Shown here in pieces: positions 28,301 to 38,175 of a stretch of DNA of 64,000 bases; within the stretch, counting starts at the first letter, position 1, and every line of letters starts with the position of its first letter. The position numbers and the translations under genes were made by a program. The notes beneath the pieces were generated by a model, which saw only the letters and a program-made list of their open reading frames with translations, searched no databases and was not told the DNA's origin. This stretch comes from a virus (Duplodnaviria > Caudoviricetes): the IMG/VR virus record IMGVR_UViG_3300025120_000040, positions 892-64,891 of that record. The stretch is one strand, 5' to 3'.

Positions 28301-31300
28301 AATGTTCCAATTTTGTCACCCTGTGCTTCATTTACTGATGCTGTTGGGCCATAGAAAGTTTCTGTGTAACCTTCAAATGTATAATCTTTCGTAGTGCCTG
28401 ATCCTGAATTTTGTGTGTCATAAATCTCGGCCTGTTTTTGACTCGTGAACAACGGATAGTAATACCCAAACTGTCCACTGGTTGATCCTGATGCACTCGT
28501 GGCCTGTAACTGGAAAGGTCCTGTCGATCCTGTAGTACCTCCGAGTATGCTCACTGTTGGAGCGACTTCATAACCCGAACCGCCTGCTGTGACAGTTATA
28601 GTCTGGACATACTTCTTGTGGTAGTCATACCACATTTGATACGGATACTCTGTTAATTTGGCAGTATCAGAGTTAACATTCAAACTTCTTATTTTGCCTG
28701 TTGCTGTATCGTAAAAAGTAGGATTGTCAAAATCTGAGAATATTCCGTCCTGTGTCTCTGTTTTTTCATAGCCCAATTTATATTCTCTCAATTTGGTGTG
28801 GAAGGGTTTTACTTCGTTTATGTAACTCTCTATCCAACTATCAGTGCCTTTGGTGTAAGTTTTTCGTTGATCTAGTTTTCTAACAGAGTTTTTTGCATTT
28901 ATGAATGATGTTTTAAACATCCAGTCTACATATGTTTGCTCTGCAAGTACTTTCCTTAATCCAGTAAAGAACAGTGTGTTGTATTCTCCAGCAAGATCAT
29001 TAATGAATAAATCATCTCTCAATGCAGTCAGGACTTTTCTTGTCTCTATACTCGGCTCTTGGTCAAAGAAGTTGTCGTCAAAATTATCATCACCGGCAAA
29101 ACCTGATGCATCCTGTGAATAATCATAAAGTTTAGTGCTGAATCTGATTGTTCCATTCTCTGTTCCAACGTTTGTCCACCCTGTAGCAGTCTTCATAAAC
29201 AATTTCCAACCGCCTGTGTCGGCACTAGTAACTTTTACATGTTTACCTACAGCAAGATCCAGTGAGTCTAACTCGTATTGAAACGTTACCTGTTTATCAA
29301 TTTTTGTGTTCTCATCATGGAGCATTCCATGTATAGCAGGATCAGTACCATACCAATCTGTGTAACTCCAGTAAGCGGAAGTGTTGTATGTCTGTAATTT
29401 GGTCCTTGTGAATTCTGTTCCGTCCCATTGGTATATTGCCCAATAGTTGTTCGCTGTCTCATCTGCTTTGACCAAGTACTTCACTGTCCCTGAAAGATCT
29501 GCGGTGTTAAGGTAAGTCAGTTCAGCATATGTGTCTACCGAAACGTCCCACTCTAGGCTCTGTGCTGTTGGCTCCGGTTCCGAACTATCGAGGTTTGTAA
29601 GATTTATTTGTCCAACTAACTGATTTTTTTTCAGTACCGTGTTTGCGTAATCTATTATCTCTGTCAATGCGGCATATCTGTCTACGTACCAGCTCTGCCT
29701 AGGCCTGATATTATTACCATATCTCTCATTGAGAGGGAGAGCTAGATCTGGTACTACATCTCCTGTAGAATTTTTTCCTGTCAACGAGTCCCACCAACGT
29801 GTCTCAATCTGCAGTGATGGTCTGAAGTCGGCATCGCCTTCCCTGACTAGTTTCCAAACACTGTGAGAATCACCCTCGAACGTGTTTGTTCTAATATCCA
29901 TGTTCAGTACTGTGTCGTCGTTGGTTAGATTGCTAATGTTATTCAGTATAAATTTATTGGTGTCTGTCACAGAATAATATTTGTAGTCAAATGCTCTAGG
30001 GTTTGCAATTAGGTTGGCAACAAACGCTACCGTGTTCTTCCTGTGTGTGTTATTCGGCAATGTTGTCTTGCCTTTTACCCAGTAGTAATAGAAGTTAACA
30101 AATTTGTCTAATCTCGAATCATATTTCTGCATCACTGTGTATTGTGAGTCGTCACTCGGTAGTAGTTTTGACTCTACCCATTCATAGACATCTATGCTCG
30201 AACCTGGGAATGTCTGCCCCCAATGATTCACTTTATATTCCTGTGTGTCTTGCTCGTACCACAGCCATTTCACTGTTGACAGATCCCACCATACTTCACC
30301 TATGTGTGTTTCCGCCCATGGTGTCTTGGTATTTGCATTATCTCCGGTATTGTATACAGCAGGATCCCATGCTGTCTTGATATCTATTTCTCTGTCTGCT
30401 AGTCCCAGTATCCTACCTTTGATAGGATCGTACAAATCATAGTAGTCTTGTAATTGTTTTGTCTTTTTGTTGAATTCAAAAACTTTGCCCAGTTTGTCTG
30501 TGTCCATCAGTGCTGTTTCCGTCACAAGGTTTTTCCAAGCGTACTCGCCATTTACTGTGAGATCATACTGTGCTACTGACCCGTCGTTGACTATTTTTGT
30601 GCTTCCGTCTGCTGTTGTGTTCCCGTCGTCTGTCGGTGCGCCAACAAATAGAGAGTTATCAATCATACACACACCACGTCCAAAGTCGTCGTTCTCAGAC
30701 ATGTTTGTTGATGTCATTGTGTCGTCTATAATAAATTTAGTGTTGTACATCGTGGCAGTGAATGCACCTCCGGAATCAGTGTTGTCGTCCACTATAGTAG
30801 TGTCTTGTAAGTCAAACGTGGTCTCACCTGAGTCAAAATTTATTTCTGTTGTACTTGCGAAGTTCTCAGCACCTATCACTAATCTTGTACCATCGTTATT
30901 CAAATCAAGACTTGTGCCAAACTTCATGTTAGTGCTAGAACTAGGTGCACTTATAGTCTGTTGTAAAGTATATGTGTTTGTGGAATCGTCTGCATTCCAT
31001 TTGTAGTAATAGATAGCACCCGCATCTGGATGTGCTGTGCCGTCAACGCCCGGTGCACCAATTATCAATGTCGTGCCGTCCTTGCTCATTGCTATCGAAT
31101 CACCAAAAGCAGTGTTTAAGGATGACCCGTCACTTGCCACACCTGTTATGGTTTGTGCCAGTGCAAAAGAATTCTGTGTACTTCCGTCGTTGCTCTGTGC
31201 TGTCTTTATGAATATCTCTACCTTGCCTGCGTTGCCAGGTGCTAATGAACTCACAGCAAGGATATCACCGTTGTCGTTCGCGGCTATCCTGTGGCCAAAT

Positions 31301-34300
31301 CTCTGTCCTTCGCCACCGTCTGGTGCTTCTATTGTGTAGTCTTGTGTCCAAGTGTCATAGGTAGATCCGTCTGCACCTACTCCCCAAGTGTACAAGTACA
31401 CTCTACCTCTGTCAGTGCTGTGTCCAGGTGCTGACACAAATAGATACTTGTCCGGTGTGGTTCTAACTGATGTTGCTCCAGGTTCTGCTACCTTGTGTGC
31501 CCAACCAAAATTCTGTGATGCCGCGTCAACTGGCGGACTGATTGTGTTCAGTATTCCGTACTTGAATGTGTTTGGATCCCATATGTAAAGTTTGACCAAT
31601 CCTGAATCGGAAAATCTTGTACTCCCATCCAAACCTATGGTGTTAGTGTAAGGTGCTCCTGCAACTACAAAGTTTTCATCAGTACTGATTGACAGCGATT
31701 CACCAAGTCTACTGGTGTTGTCATCGTTTTCGGTCATCGTTACTGTTGACTGTGTCTGTACAGTTGTTCCTGCTTCCGTGGAAGATCTAAACAGGAAGTG
31801 TACCTCACCTTGTGCTTTACCTGGTGCAGATGCAATCACTGTCCTTCCATCATTACGTGCCACGATCCTGTGTCCAAACTCCTGTTCCGTTGTGGTGGCG
31901 TCTGGTGATAGTACTAAAGACGATGTATAAGGGTCTTGCTTCTCATACACCCTCCATAAACCTGAACTGTCTGCATCTGCAAACGCCTTGTCTCCTGGCT
32001 GTTCAATTGCATCATTCTTGTCAGTGTACTGATCGTGTTCCAACAAGTCATTGACATTGTCCATCGACGACAATCTTACTGATATAAATTTGTACAGGTT
32101 ACCGTAACTGTCTGCGGTTGACCCATCCTCCAGTGCAGGAATAAATCCTACGTTACCTGAGTAGTCAATGATCACTGTCTTATGGCTTGGTGCAGAGCTA
32201 ACTTGGTACGTACCATTTAGCGTTGCTTCCTCACTGTTTGATATTGCAAAGTAATCGGCTTGTGTTGTTGTTGTGCCTGCACTTAAATTGTGAGACCCTG
32301 TGAATGTGATCTCTAACTGTGTTGAATCGTTGATCAGTTCTAACGTTGCTATCTTTATGTTAGCACTTGAAACCCTTAGAACGTCCCAATCCTTGTTGCT
32401 CTTGCTGGCCACCCAAACTAGATCATTAGGTCTTATAGCATTTATGTCTATGTCTAATATCTCGTCAATGTTGAATACAGTGTGTTGCACCTGTGTAGGT
32501 TGAGGATATCCTGCTGTCTTAAAGATCTGTGCTGTGTCTCTGCTCACTCCTTGCTTACTGTAATCTAATCTTTTGAATGTCGTGGATGCTGTGTATTCTA
32601 CTGGCTTGTAGTAAAAATTATCTTTTGTAATAGCACTTGATCTCGCATATCCGACTGCGTCTGCCGAACTATCCAATAATTCTATACTTTGTGGGTTCGC
32701 TGTAATTTCTGTATCTTTCAACACTACTTGTACGTTTTCAATAGAATCTGTGTTTCCAAAGTTACCTGTCCTGATCATCCATTCCGGATATAGATCTAAA
32801 TTAATATCTTCACCCTCATATTTGGCTTTCAATATTTTGTCTATTGCATTCTGAGTGCCTTTCTCTCTGATGTAACCTTGATAGAACTTGTATTGTGACA
32901 CATCATTTACGAATAAATTTTCCAGATAGTCTCTGCTTTGATACCCTGTTAACCTCTGTGCTAGTTGTTGTTGTGATTCGTCGAAGTTGTTGGTCTCTAG
33001 ATCGTAGAAATCATTAAACTGTGAGATCTTGTATTCAAAGTTAGGAATCAGTTGTGGTGCTGGTTTTTTGTCTTTCAGCGTCCAATTAGCAGTTTCAAAA
33101 GTTGCACCTGAATTATGATTTGTTTTGGCAACATAGAACTTACCTTGGTACTCGACACTGTCTCCAATCCTGTAATCGGTGTTTGCTATCCAATACGTGA
33201 CCTGTGCGGCATCAAATACGAAACCAGGAGCATAGTAATCTCCGTTCCACCCTGCGGTCTTCCATCCTACCAACTTCAATCTCTGCTGTCTGAATCCAGT
33301 AAATGGATCGTATATAATATCAGCGAAAACTGTTTTGTTGTCAAACAATAACACATGTTCTTTCTGTACTGTATTCAATGCGATGTTGTAAAGACCCACT
33401 GTGTCTGATTTAATTCCTAACTCAAATGTCTTACCTATACGTTTGGTTGATATATCACCAATATCGATCTTCCTACCGCCTGAATCTAATATAGAATAAT
33501 CACCAGATAAATTACGTAGTTTACCAACTATGCTATTGTTAGTGTCTAGTTCAAATCCGTCCGCGGCCGGTGAAACTGTTACAGCACTGCCTGGCGCCCA
33601 TTCTTGAGTTGTCCAGAATAAAAACTCTCGTACTGCGTTTTGCCAATTTAGTGTTTCTTTAATCTCATTTGAAAATTTGTCAAATCGGAATCCTTGACCT
33701 TCCAACCAATGTCCGTATCCAAACAAGAAATCGGCAACATCCTGTGTTGTGTTAAACACATAACCATATGGTATGGTCTGTGTAGTTTCTTGGTATGCAG
33801 TGTACTGTTCGATCACTAGTGATCCTTTAACAGATACTGCGTTCGCTGTTGTTGTCTTGACAGGATAGTTAAAATTAAAATATGGTTTGGCTGTGCTGTA
33901 CCCCAACACCTTGTAACCACCCAATACCGTTGACCCATCATTGCTGATGTCTGTGTTCTTCTCTATAAGCACACCAGAATACTGGAAACTCTCCACAGGG
34001 TTTGATGTCCTAAACAGTATCTTGTAATTCTCATCTGGAATAAATTTAGATCCGGATGCTGATCCTGGAGACACACTGTCCGTTAGGATCTTTATGTTGT
34101 CCTTATCTGTGAATCCTCCCAACTTGTATGCTAACTGAACACTTAGGTTCTTCATCTTGTTGTAGTAAAAAACCTCAGTGTCTAAGTTCCTCGAAATCAA
34201 ATAGTTGAGAACGAAAGGTTGGTACCCTGCCGTTTGATATCTAGTCGTTACACCTGTTGTTAGATCTGTTTCCGTTTCTAAATGATATTTTGCTGTTGCT

Positions 34301-37300
34301 AATGTTTTCCTAATACCTGTGTCTTTATAGATTTGGTTGTTTGAAACATTTGTTGTAAGTCTAGACGGATCAAAAAGATTGGAAAAGAATTTTGCTGGTT
34401 TGGTTAGAGCGAGTAATTTCATTGCAGTAAACGGGAATGAACTGGATCTTCTCCATGCCGTCTCTGCTGGTGCCTGATCACCAAACTTCCAAGAATTCTG
34501 CCTTCCTGGTATATCGAAGTTGTCGACAAGTCCTGCCGCTAATGGATCTAGAAGATTACCTGACGCATCAACGGGTAGGTAATTTCTAATTAGAGGTTTC
34601 CCATATCTACCTGGCTCTGTCGCAACAGCGTTCCATAACACATCATTGCCCGAAGTATAAGGAGCCGTTCCGTAAGTTGTGTCCCAGTCAGTGGGTTTTT
34701 CTGAATGGCCCAACATCTCCCACGGTCTAATATGTGGAGAATCCGTGTCATAAAAATATTTGTATATACCCCTCCAGTATCCTGGCAGGTTCTCATTTAT
34801 CAGTCTACCTTTTGATCTAGCGTAGTTGTACGTAAACGGTGATCCTTCATTGAACGCTGTGTTGTTGATATACTGAACATTGTTACGTCCCGCCCACTGG
34901 TAGAAGTCTGTTCCCATCACGTTGTCAACTTCCTGTAGTGTGTATTCCGTAGATGTAAAAGCACTAGGCAACACATCATGCATATCCACTAAAGTAGCAT
35001 CGTAGGTAACTTTTATATTGTTGTAAATTCTTTTTTCAAGTTCCAATATTAAATCATCACGTTCGTCGCCATACGCTTTTATGATTGATCCATCGTGTTT
35101 CCGGATAACGGCCGTGTCAGTCAAATAAGTTGTGTCTGTGAATGTCTCAGGAGTGAACCTGGGATACATTCCAAGTTTAGTCGGAGAAGGTGGCATGTAA
35201 CTGCCCACAGTGTCGGCATAATCCTTGATTACAATTTTGTCTCCCTCTGCTAATGTTTTACTAATGTTGATACTGTCATCTGTTGTGCTGAAAGTGTAAT
35301 CTGTTCCTAGTAATAGTTGAACATCATTGAGGTAAACGTATACTGCCCTGTTGCTTAATGTTGTAATATTGTGTTGCGAGTCTAGTGCATAATCTTTTTG
35401 TGACTCACCCATCACAGTGTATGATCTTGTTGAAACATTTTCTCCCCAACCCACCATATCCTCATAGAAGAACGGGAACGAACTGTTCCTGCCTGGTGTG
35501 ATTGCTGTGATTATCTCATCAACTCTATTAGCGGCGTCTCCTTCGTAAGCCGTACCTGTAGCGTGTGTAAGGAATGCGTTGTACCACTTCTCATACTCCT
35601 GATTCACATATTCTGTTGCCGTAACAAAATTGGCTTCCTGATCTATAAGGCCAAATATCGCAGGTAGCAATGGTCCTTCGTGCTGATGTATGCTACCGCC
35701 CTTTAATCTCGCATCTGGTTTATCTCGTAAATTTGAAACTCCAGGAATGGCACCAGTGACATCTTGATTTTTATCAAATATGTCTCGCACATGATTCAGT
35801 ATCTGTCCAAAAGTAAATGTGCCCAACTGCTGATTTAGACTGTTAGTTGCCAAGTTCTCCGGTATCTCATATACCCCCTTGTCAGCAATCTTATCAGCAC
35901 TGCTGTATCCTGCTATTCTGATCTGTTCGTCAATTTCTAGTGCCTTGTTAAATTTTATGTATTTGTTTTTTGTTCCAGTTTCCAAAGTGTAATCGGTGAT
36001 CCTGGTTTTCCTTAATCCGTTTACTGAAACAGACACTTCTAGGTCTGTCAGTTCCGCTGAGTTCTTATAGAAGTCTATAGGGAACAACTGTTTTTCTATC
36101 GTATCGACAGTGAAGGTCCTGATAACACGCTGTTTACTTTCGCTTGTTCTTTTTATCCAAGAACTACGTGAATTATGTGTTGCTCTACCTGTTGTGTAGT
36201 GTAAGTGTCCTTCTGCTAGATTTTTTGTCAGTGTCTTTGCACCACTCTTGTACGTGAATGTTCCTGCTGTGTGATCCGATTCGAAGACTATGTCTCCAAC
36301 ATTGTTAACCGTGTTGTACTTGACCTTGATGCCTAACACAGTGTCTGTTGTTGCTGTATCCGATGTAGAGAAAGAGAACACTTTTGCGCCTGCGAAAGTT
36401 GAATTAGGATATGTTGTGGCATCATCGAACGAAGTATGATCAGTGTCCCACATGCCAAACAACGGCTGTTGGTTTACATCTGTTTTCTGCTGTGCTTCTA
36501 TAAAAGATTCTGTTGTGCTGTCATAACGAAAAGTCTTTCCTTGATTTGTTGTACCAAACTCTATGTATATTGAATCGTCACTTGTTGGTGTGGCATCCGA
36601 TGACTCGGTCAGGTTGATAACCTGTGTGCTATCTCCCGCGGTCACAAAGTTCACATCATATATCTTATTTTTTACTGTGGGATCTGTGTCAGCCGCGAAC
36701 ACAACTCTCATTCCGGTTTGTAGTGACAGTCCGTCAATAATGTACCCTGTCTGTTTAACCACACTACTGAAAGCGTCCGTGGTCACTGTGTCATACAGTG
36801 TGACCGATTTCTTGGCCACCGTTCCGTGATTGTACAGTGCCAACCCTGAATCGAATTCTATTATCGGTCTCTTCGCTCTGTCGTCCTCGTTCAACACCGG
36901 AGTGAAACCACTCACTTTTGCTGTCTCTTCGATTACAGATCTGTGGAACCATCTGTTGTACCTCGACCATGCGTTCCTGTCAATTGAATCTCTCTTGATG
37001 GTTATGTAATCCTTGGTTTCTGGTAGGTAGTATGCCTTGGCATATGGTCGTGAATCGTATCCTGCTTGATCATACAGTATCGTAGATTCTGTAGCATAAG
37101 TGCCGGGAGTCATCATGTCCTCGACATCAGTAAGCGTTATGGCATCACCTACGCCCTCTACGTAATATTCCTTGTCCTGATAATCTGTTGCCACTAGAGA
37201 ATTCGTAAATTTGATCTTCATACCGTTGGACAGGTCCAGAGTCCTCAGGCTGTAATTCTTGGTTCCGACTATGTCGTCTTCTACGTTGATTGCCGTTGTG

Positions 37301-38175
37301 CTAGATGCATCTTTTATCTGTAGTATTCCATACATGGCGTCATGATTGCCACATTGATAATATAAAGTGTCGGGTGCACCTGTTGTTGGCACCGTAAATG
37401 TAACTGTACCATAGTCCGTACCGTTGTTTGTGACGCCTGTGTCAAAAATAGTCGATGTTGATCCATCCGCTGAAACCTTGTCCTTGTATGGTTCTGTCAT
37501 TATCCATAACGGATGTCCTTTTGCATTTACGTTAAACTTGTAAGTGTTGCCCCTGTAAAGAGTTAGGATAGGATTGTCTTCATTTTCTCTGTGTGTAAAG
37601 TTATAGGCACCTTGTGCTAGATTCTCTACTGAATATTCCGCTACCGCACTTGGTCCAACTGAATCTATCTCGATCGATCCAGGCCCTTCTGGCATCCAGT
37701 AGTACTCTCTGTAGTTGATTAACTTGTCATAATCAATAGCAGGATTCCAACTATAAACTGTTTCCTTGTTTAATCTGTCATGGTTATTAATCTTACCGCC
37801 TAAATATTTTATTTGGTTGATGTAGTCGTCATATGTTCCTGTGAATTTGACCTGGTCCTCTGGATTTACTGACGTTGTATCTCTATCTGTGTAAGTGACT
37901 GTAGGCTCTAACTGATATGCCATCCTGTCTCTGCTGGTTGCACTTATGTACCTATCGTTGATATCTCTAGTGTAAGCGTCCTGTCTACCTACGTAACCGT
38001 CCAGTCTCTCCAATGAACCTTTCTGTACCAAAGGATCCATAGTGCTTGAAAGGAATCTCTGGTTGGTATCTGTCCTGTAGAAAGCAGGAAGATGCTGTAC
38101 AGTACGTCTGTACTCGTTGTTGCCTTGCTTGACTACTTCGTTATTGGTTAAAGAGTTTGTGGGAGTGTCTGCCAT
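25378..38175 (-). CDS. giant (4265 aa) multidomain virion/baseplate wedge protein
   Basis: Uninterrupted ORF directly downstream of gp6; contains a cupredoxin-like segment, FG-GAP-like propeller repeats, CBM5/12-like motifs, GxGY Ig-like segments and GDGST..F repeats. Confidence 0.85.
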   Translation of the reverse strand: MADTPTNSLTNNEVVKQGNNEYRRTVQHLPAFYRTDTNQRFLSSTMDPLVQKGSLERLDGYVGRQDAYTRDINDRYISATSRDRMAYQLEPTVTYTDRDTTSVNPEDQVKFTGTYDDYINQIKYLGGKINNHDRLNKETVYSWNPAIDYDKLINYREYYWMPEGPGSIEIDSVGPSAVAEYSVENLAQGAYNFTHRENEDNPILTLYRGNTYKFNVNAKGHPLWIMTEPYKDKVSADGSTSTIFDTGVTNNGTDYGTVTFTVPTTGAPDTLYYQCGNHDAMYGILQIKDASSTTAINVEDDIVGTKNYSLRTLDLSNGMKIKFTNSLVATDYQDKEYYVEGVGDAITLTDVEDMMTPGTYATESTILYDQAGYDSRPYAKAYYLPETKDYITIKRDSIDRNAWSRYNRWFHRSVIEETAKVSGFTPVLNEDDRAKRPIIEFDSGLALYNHGTVAKKSVTLYDTVTTDAFSSVVKQTGYIIDGLSLQTGMRVVFAADTDPTVKNKIYDVNFVTAGDSTQVINLTESSDATPTSDDSIYIEFGTTNQGKTFRYDSTTESFIEAQQKTDVNQQPLFGMWDTDHTSFDDATTYPNSTFAGAKVFSFSTSDTATTDTVLGIKVKYNTVNNVGDIVFESDHTAGTFTYKSGAKTLTKNLAEGHLHYTTGRATHNSRSSWIKRTSESKQRVIRTFTVDTIEKQLFPIDFYKNSAELTDLEVSVSVNGLRKTRITDYTLETGTKNKYIKFNKALEIDEQIRIAGYSSADKIADKGVYEIPENLATNSLNQQLGTFTFGQILNHVRDIFDKNQDVTGAIPGVSNLRDKPDARLKGGSIHQHEGPLLPAIFGLIDQEANFVTATEYVNQEYEKWYNAFLTHATGTAYEGDAANRVDEIITAITPGRNSSFPFFYEDMVGWGENVSTRSYTVMGESQKDYALDSQHNITTLSNRAVYVYLNDVQLLLGTDYTFSTTDDSINISKTLAEGDKIVIKDYADTVGSYMPPSPTKLGMYPRFTPETFTDTTYLTDTAVIRKHDGSIIKAYGDERDDLILELEKRIYNNIKVTYDATLVDMHDVLPSAFTSTEYTLQEVDNVMGTDFYQWAGRNNVQYINNTAFNEGSPFTYNYARSKGRLINENLPGYWRGIYKYFYDTDSPHIRPWEMLGHSEKPTDWDTTYGTAPYTSGNDVLWNAVATEPGRYGKPLIRNYLPVDASGNLLDPLAAGLVDNFDIPGRQNSWKFGDQAPAETAWRRSSSFPFTAMKLLALTKPAKFFSNLFDPSRLTTNVSNNQIYKDTGIRKTLATAKYHLETETDLTTGVTTRYQTAGYQPFVLNYLISRNLDTEVFYYNKMKNLSVQLAYKLGGFTDKDNIKILTDSVSPGSASGSKFIPDENYKILFRTSNPVESFQYSGVLIEKNTDISNDGSTVLGGYKVLGYSTAKPYFNFNYPVKTTTANAVSVKGSLVIEQYTAYQETTQTIPYGYVFNTTQDVADFLFGYGHWLEGQGFRFDKFSNEIKETLNWQNAVREFLFWTTQEWAPGSAVTVSPAADGFELDTNNSIVGKLRNLSGDYSILDSGGRKIDIGDISTKRIGKTFELGIKSDTVGLYNIALNTVQKEHVLLFDNKTVFADIIYDPFTGFRQQRLKLVGWKTAGWNGDYYAPGFVFDAAQVTYWIANTDYRIGDSVEYQGKFYVAKTNHNSGATFETANWTLKDKKPAPQLIPNFEYKISQFNDFYDLETNNFDESQQQLAQRLTGYQSRDYLENLFVNDVSQYKFYQGYIREKGTQNAIDKILKAKYEGEDINLDLYPEWMIRTGNFGNTDSIENVQVVLKDTEITANPQSIELLDSSADAVGYARSSAITKDNFYYKPVEYTASTTFKRLDYSKQGVSRDTAQIFKTAGYPQPTQVQHTVFNIDEILDIDINAIRPNDLVWVASKSNKDWDVLRVSSANIKIATLELINDSTQLEITFTGSHNLSAGTTTTQADYFAISNSEEATLNGTYQVSSAPSHKTVIIDYSGNVGFIPALEDGSTADSYGNLYKFISVRLSSMDNVNDLLEHDQYTDKNDAIEQPGDKAFADADSSGLWRVYEKQDPYTSSLVLSPDATTTEQEFGHRIVARNDGRTVIASAPGKAQGEVHFLFRSSTEAGTTVQTQSTVTMTENDDNTSRLGESLSISTDENFVVAGAPYTNTIGLDGSTRFSDSGLVKLYIWDPNTFKYGILNTISPPVDAASQNFGWAHKVAEPGATSVRTTPDKYLFVSAPGHSTDRGRVYLYTWGVGADGSTYDTWTQDYTIEAPDGGEGQRFGHRIAANDNGDILAVSSLAPGNAGKVEIFIKTAQSNDGSTQNSFALAQTITGVASDGSSLNTAFGDSIAMSKDGTTLIIGAPGVDGTAHPDAGAIYYYKWNADDSTNTYTLQQTISAPSSSTNMKFGTSLDLNNDGTRLVIGAENFASTTEINFDSGETTFDLQDTTIVDDNTDSGGAFTATMYNTKFIIDDTMTSTNMSENDDFGRGVCMIDNSLFVGAPTDDGNTTADGSTKIVNDGSVAQYDLTVNGEYAWKNLVTETALMDTDKLGKVFEFNKKTKQLQDYYDLYDPIKGRILGLADREIDIKTAWDPAVYNTGDNANTKTPWAETHIGEVWWDLSTVKWLWYEQDTQEYKVNHWGQTFPGSSIDVYEWVESKLLPSDDSQYTVMQKYDSRLDKFVNFYYYWVKGKTTLPNNTHRKNTVAFVANLIANPRAFDYKYYSVTDTNKFILNNISNLTNDDTVLNMDIRTNTFEGDSHSVWKLVREGDADFRPSLQIETRWWDSLTGKNSTGDVVPDLALPLNERYGNNIRPRQSWYVDRYAALTEIIDYANTVLKKNQLVGQINLTNLDSSEPEPTAQSLEWDVSVDTYAELTYLNTADLSGTVKYLVKADETANNYWAIYQWDGTEFTRTKLQTYNTSAYWSYTDWYGTDPAIHGMLHDENTKIDKQVTFQYELDSLDLAVGKHVKVTSADTGGWKLFMKTATGWTNVGTENGTIRFSTKLYDYSQDASGFAGDDNFDDNFFDQEPSIETRKVLTALRDDLFINDLAGEYNTLFFTGLRKVLAEQTYVDWMFKTSFINAKNSVRKLDQRKTYTKGTDSWIESYINEVKPFHTKLREYKLGYEKTETQDGIFSDFDNPTFYDTATGKIRSLNVNSDTAKLTEYPYQMWYDYHKKYVQTITVTAGGSGYEVAPTVSILGGTTGSTGPFQLQATSASGSTSGQFGYYYPLFTSQKQAEIYDTQNSGSGTTKDYTFEGYTETFYGPTASVNEAQGDKIGTFKMYVTPTTTAATATAIIQDGAVTKITVTGIGANYTATPTVVLSGGKTDGTTPTDTAKAYANLNNDLVRDFDTTIKFDRVSSTSRVVDWAASTAYAYNDLLRYNNGLYKVTNAFTSSTDFDDNIGSVYKIYGNETGLTAADRTKGFYTPGSGMPGNELDQVMTGVDYGGTMVTGLLFNQEAGWDKAGWYDFSWDNYGDSKVKAFRADGSTAAYTFDTAPTSSEVYQVYLTQDDSSRKKLSDVIRGDGSTVSFTISETPEENALVEFIPFDDDGVLTPTDDRTLDSIVKGGLFTSALGHAPSDILLEGDDFISPDTSYAPEEVVPGQLFDTLDIKVYTSPESGVPFISEMNHRGNGSTTSFSIGDYPGTLGSVTVAVNGVVQKGSALDSTVSDYTIDVANKTITFDTAPANHSTISTKVFAISGENYRVLNTFTGDDSTTTFLTSTRGEFNLDSTSSDLYVTVDGVPTTAYATTTTANTITVVFDSAPAASSYIQIAGFNKSATSTRSYASVRNESITYDGSTNRHTLTYPPGAIGPFSGLTTVEVNGRVLRGPDNTYYVGDGSTYTYGVVSGLGDDSTVDPAKTISSASQVEVYVNGTKKDLNTHYTVDVGNNNIEFVSASVPTTTDVICISTLVDHQYFNSGNDVVLVPSAITSPYSLTANDIISVTTFNNALGMKQRREVLEGRTGGVFKLRFDVLHAGYTFVWLNGEQLIQGTDYVASGNTITVSGKTITSSDRLDVMYFALESATGSTGFRIFKDMMNRTFYKRISKTSTTKLTVDMTAGTQTITVEDESVLPIPDASSNTPGVIFIDKERIEYFTKSSNTLGQLRRGTLGTGIKEHGSGTEVVDASGTQTIPYADTVHTNTFTGDGSTLTFALSQTPASASELDIFIGGQRLLLTSEDGSTINYSVDGSTTAVTLSTVPASGTQVKILHKRGQVWYTALDGNPADGKGLQASNTQQAKFIANEPTNAPE

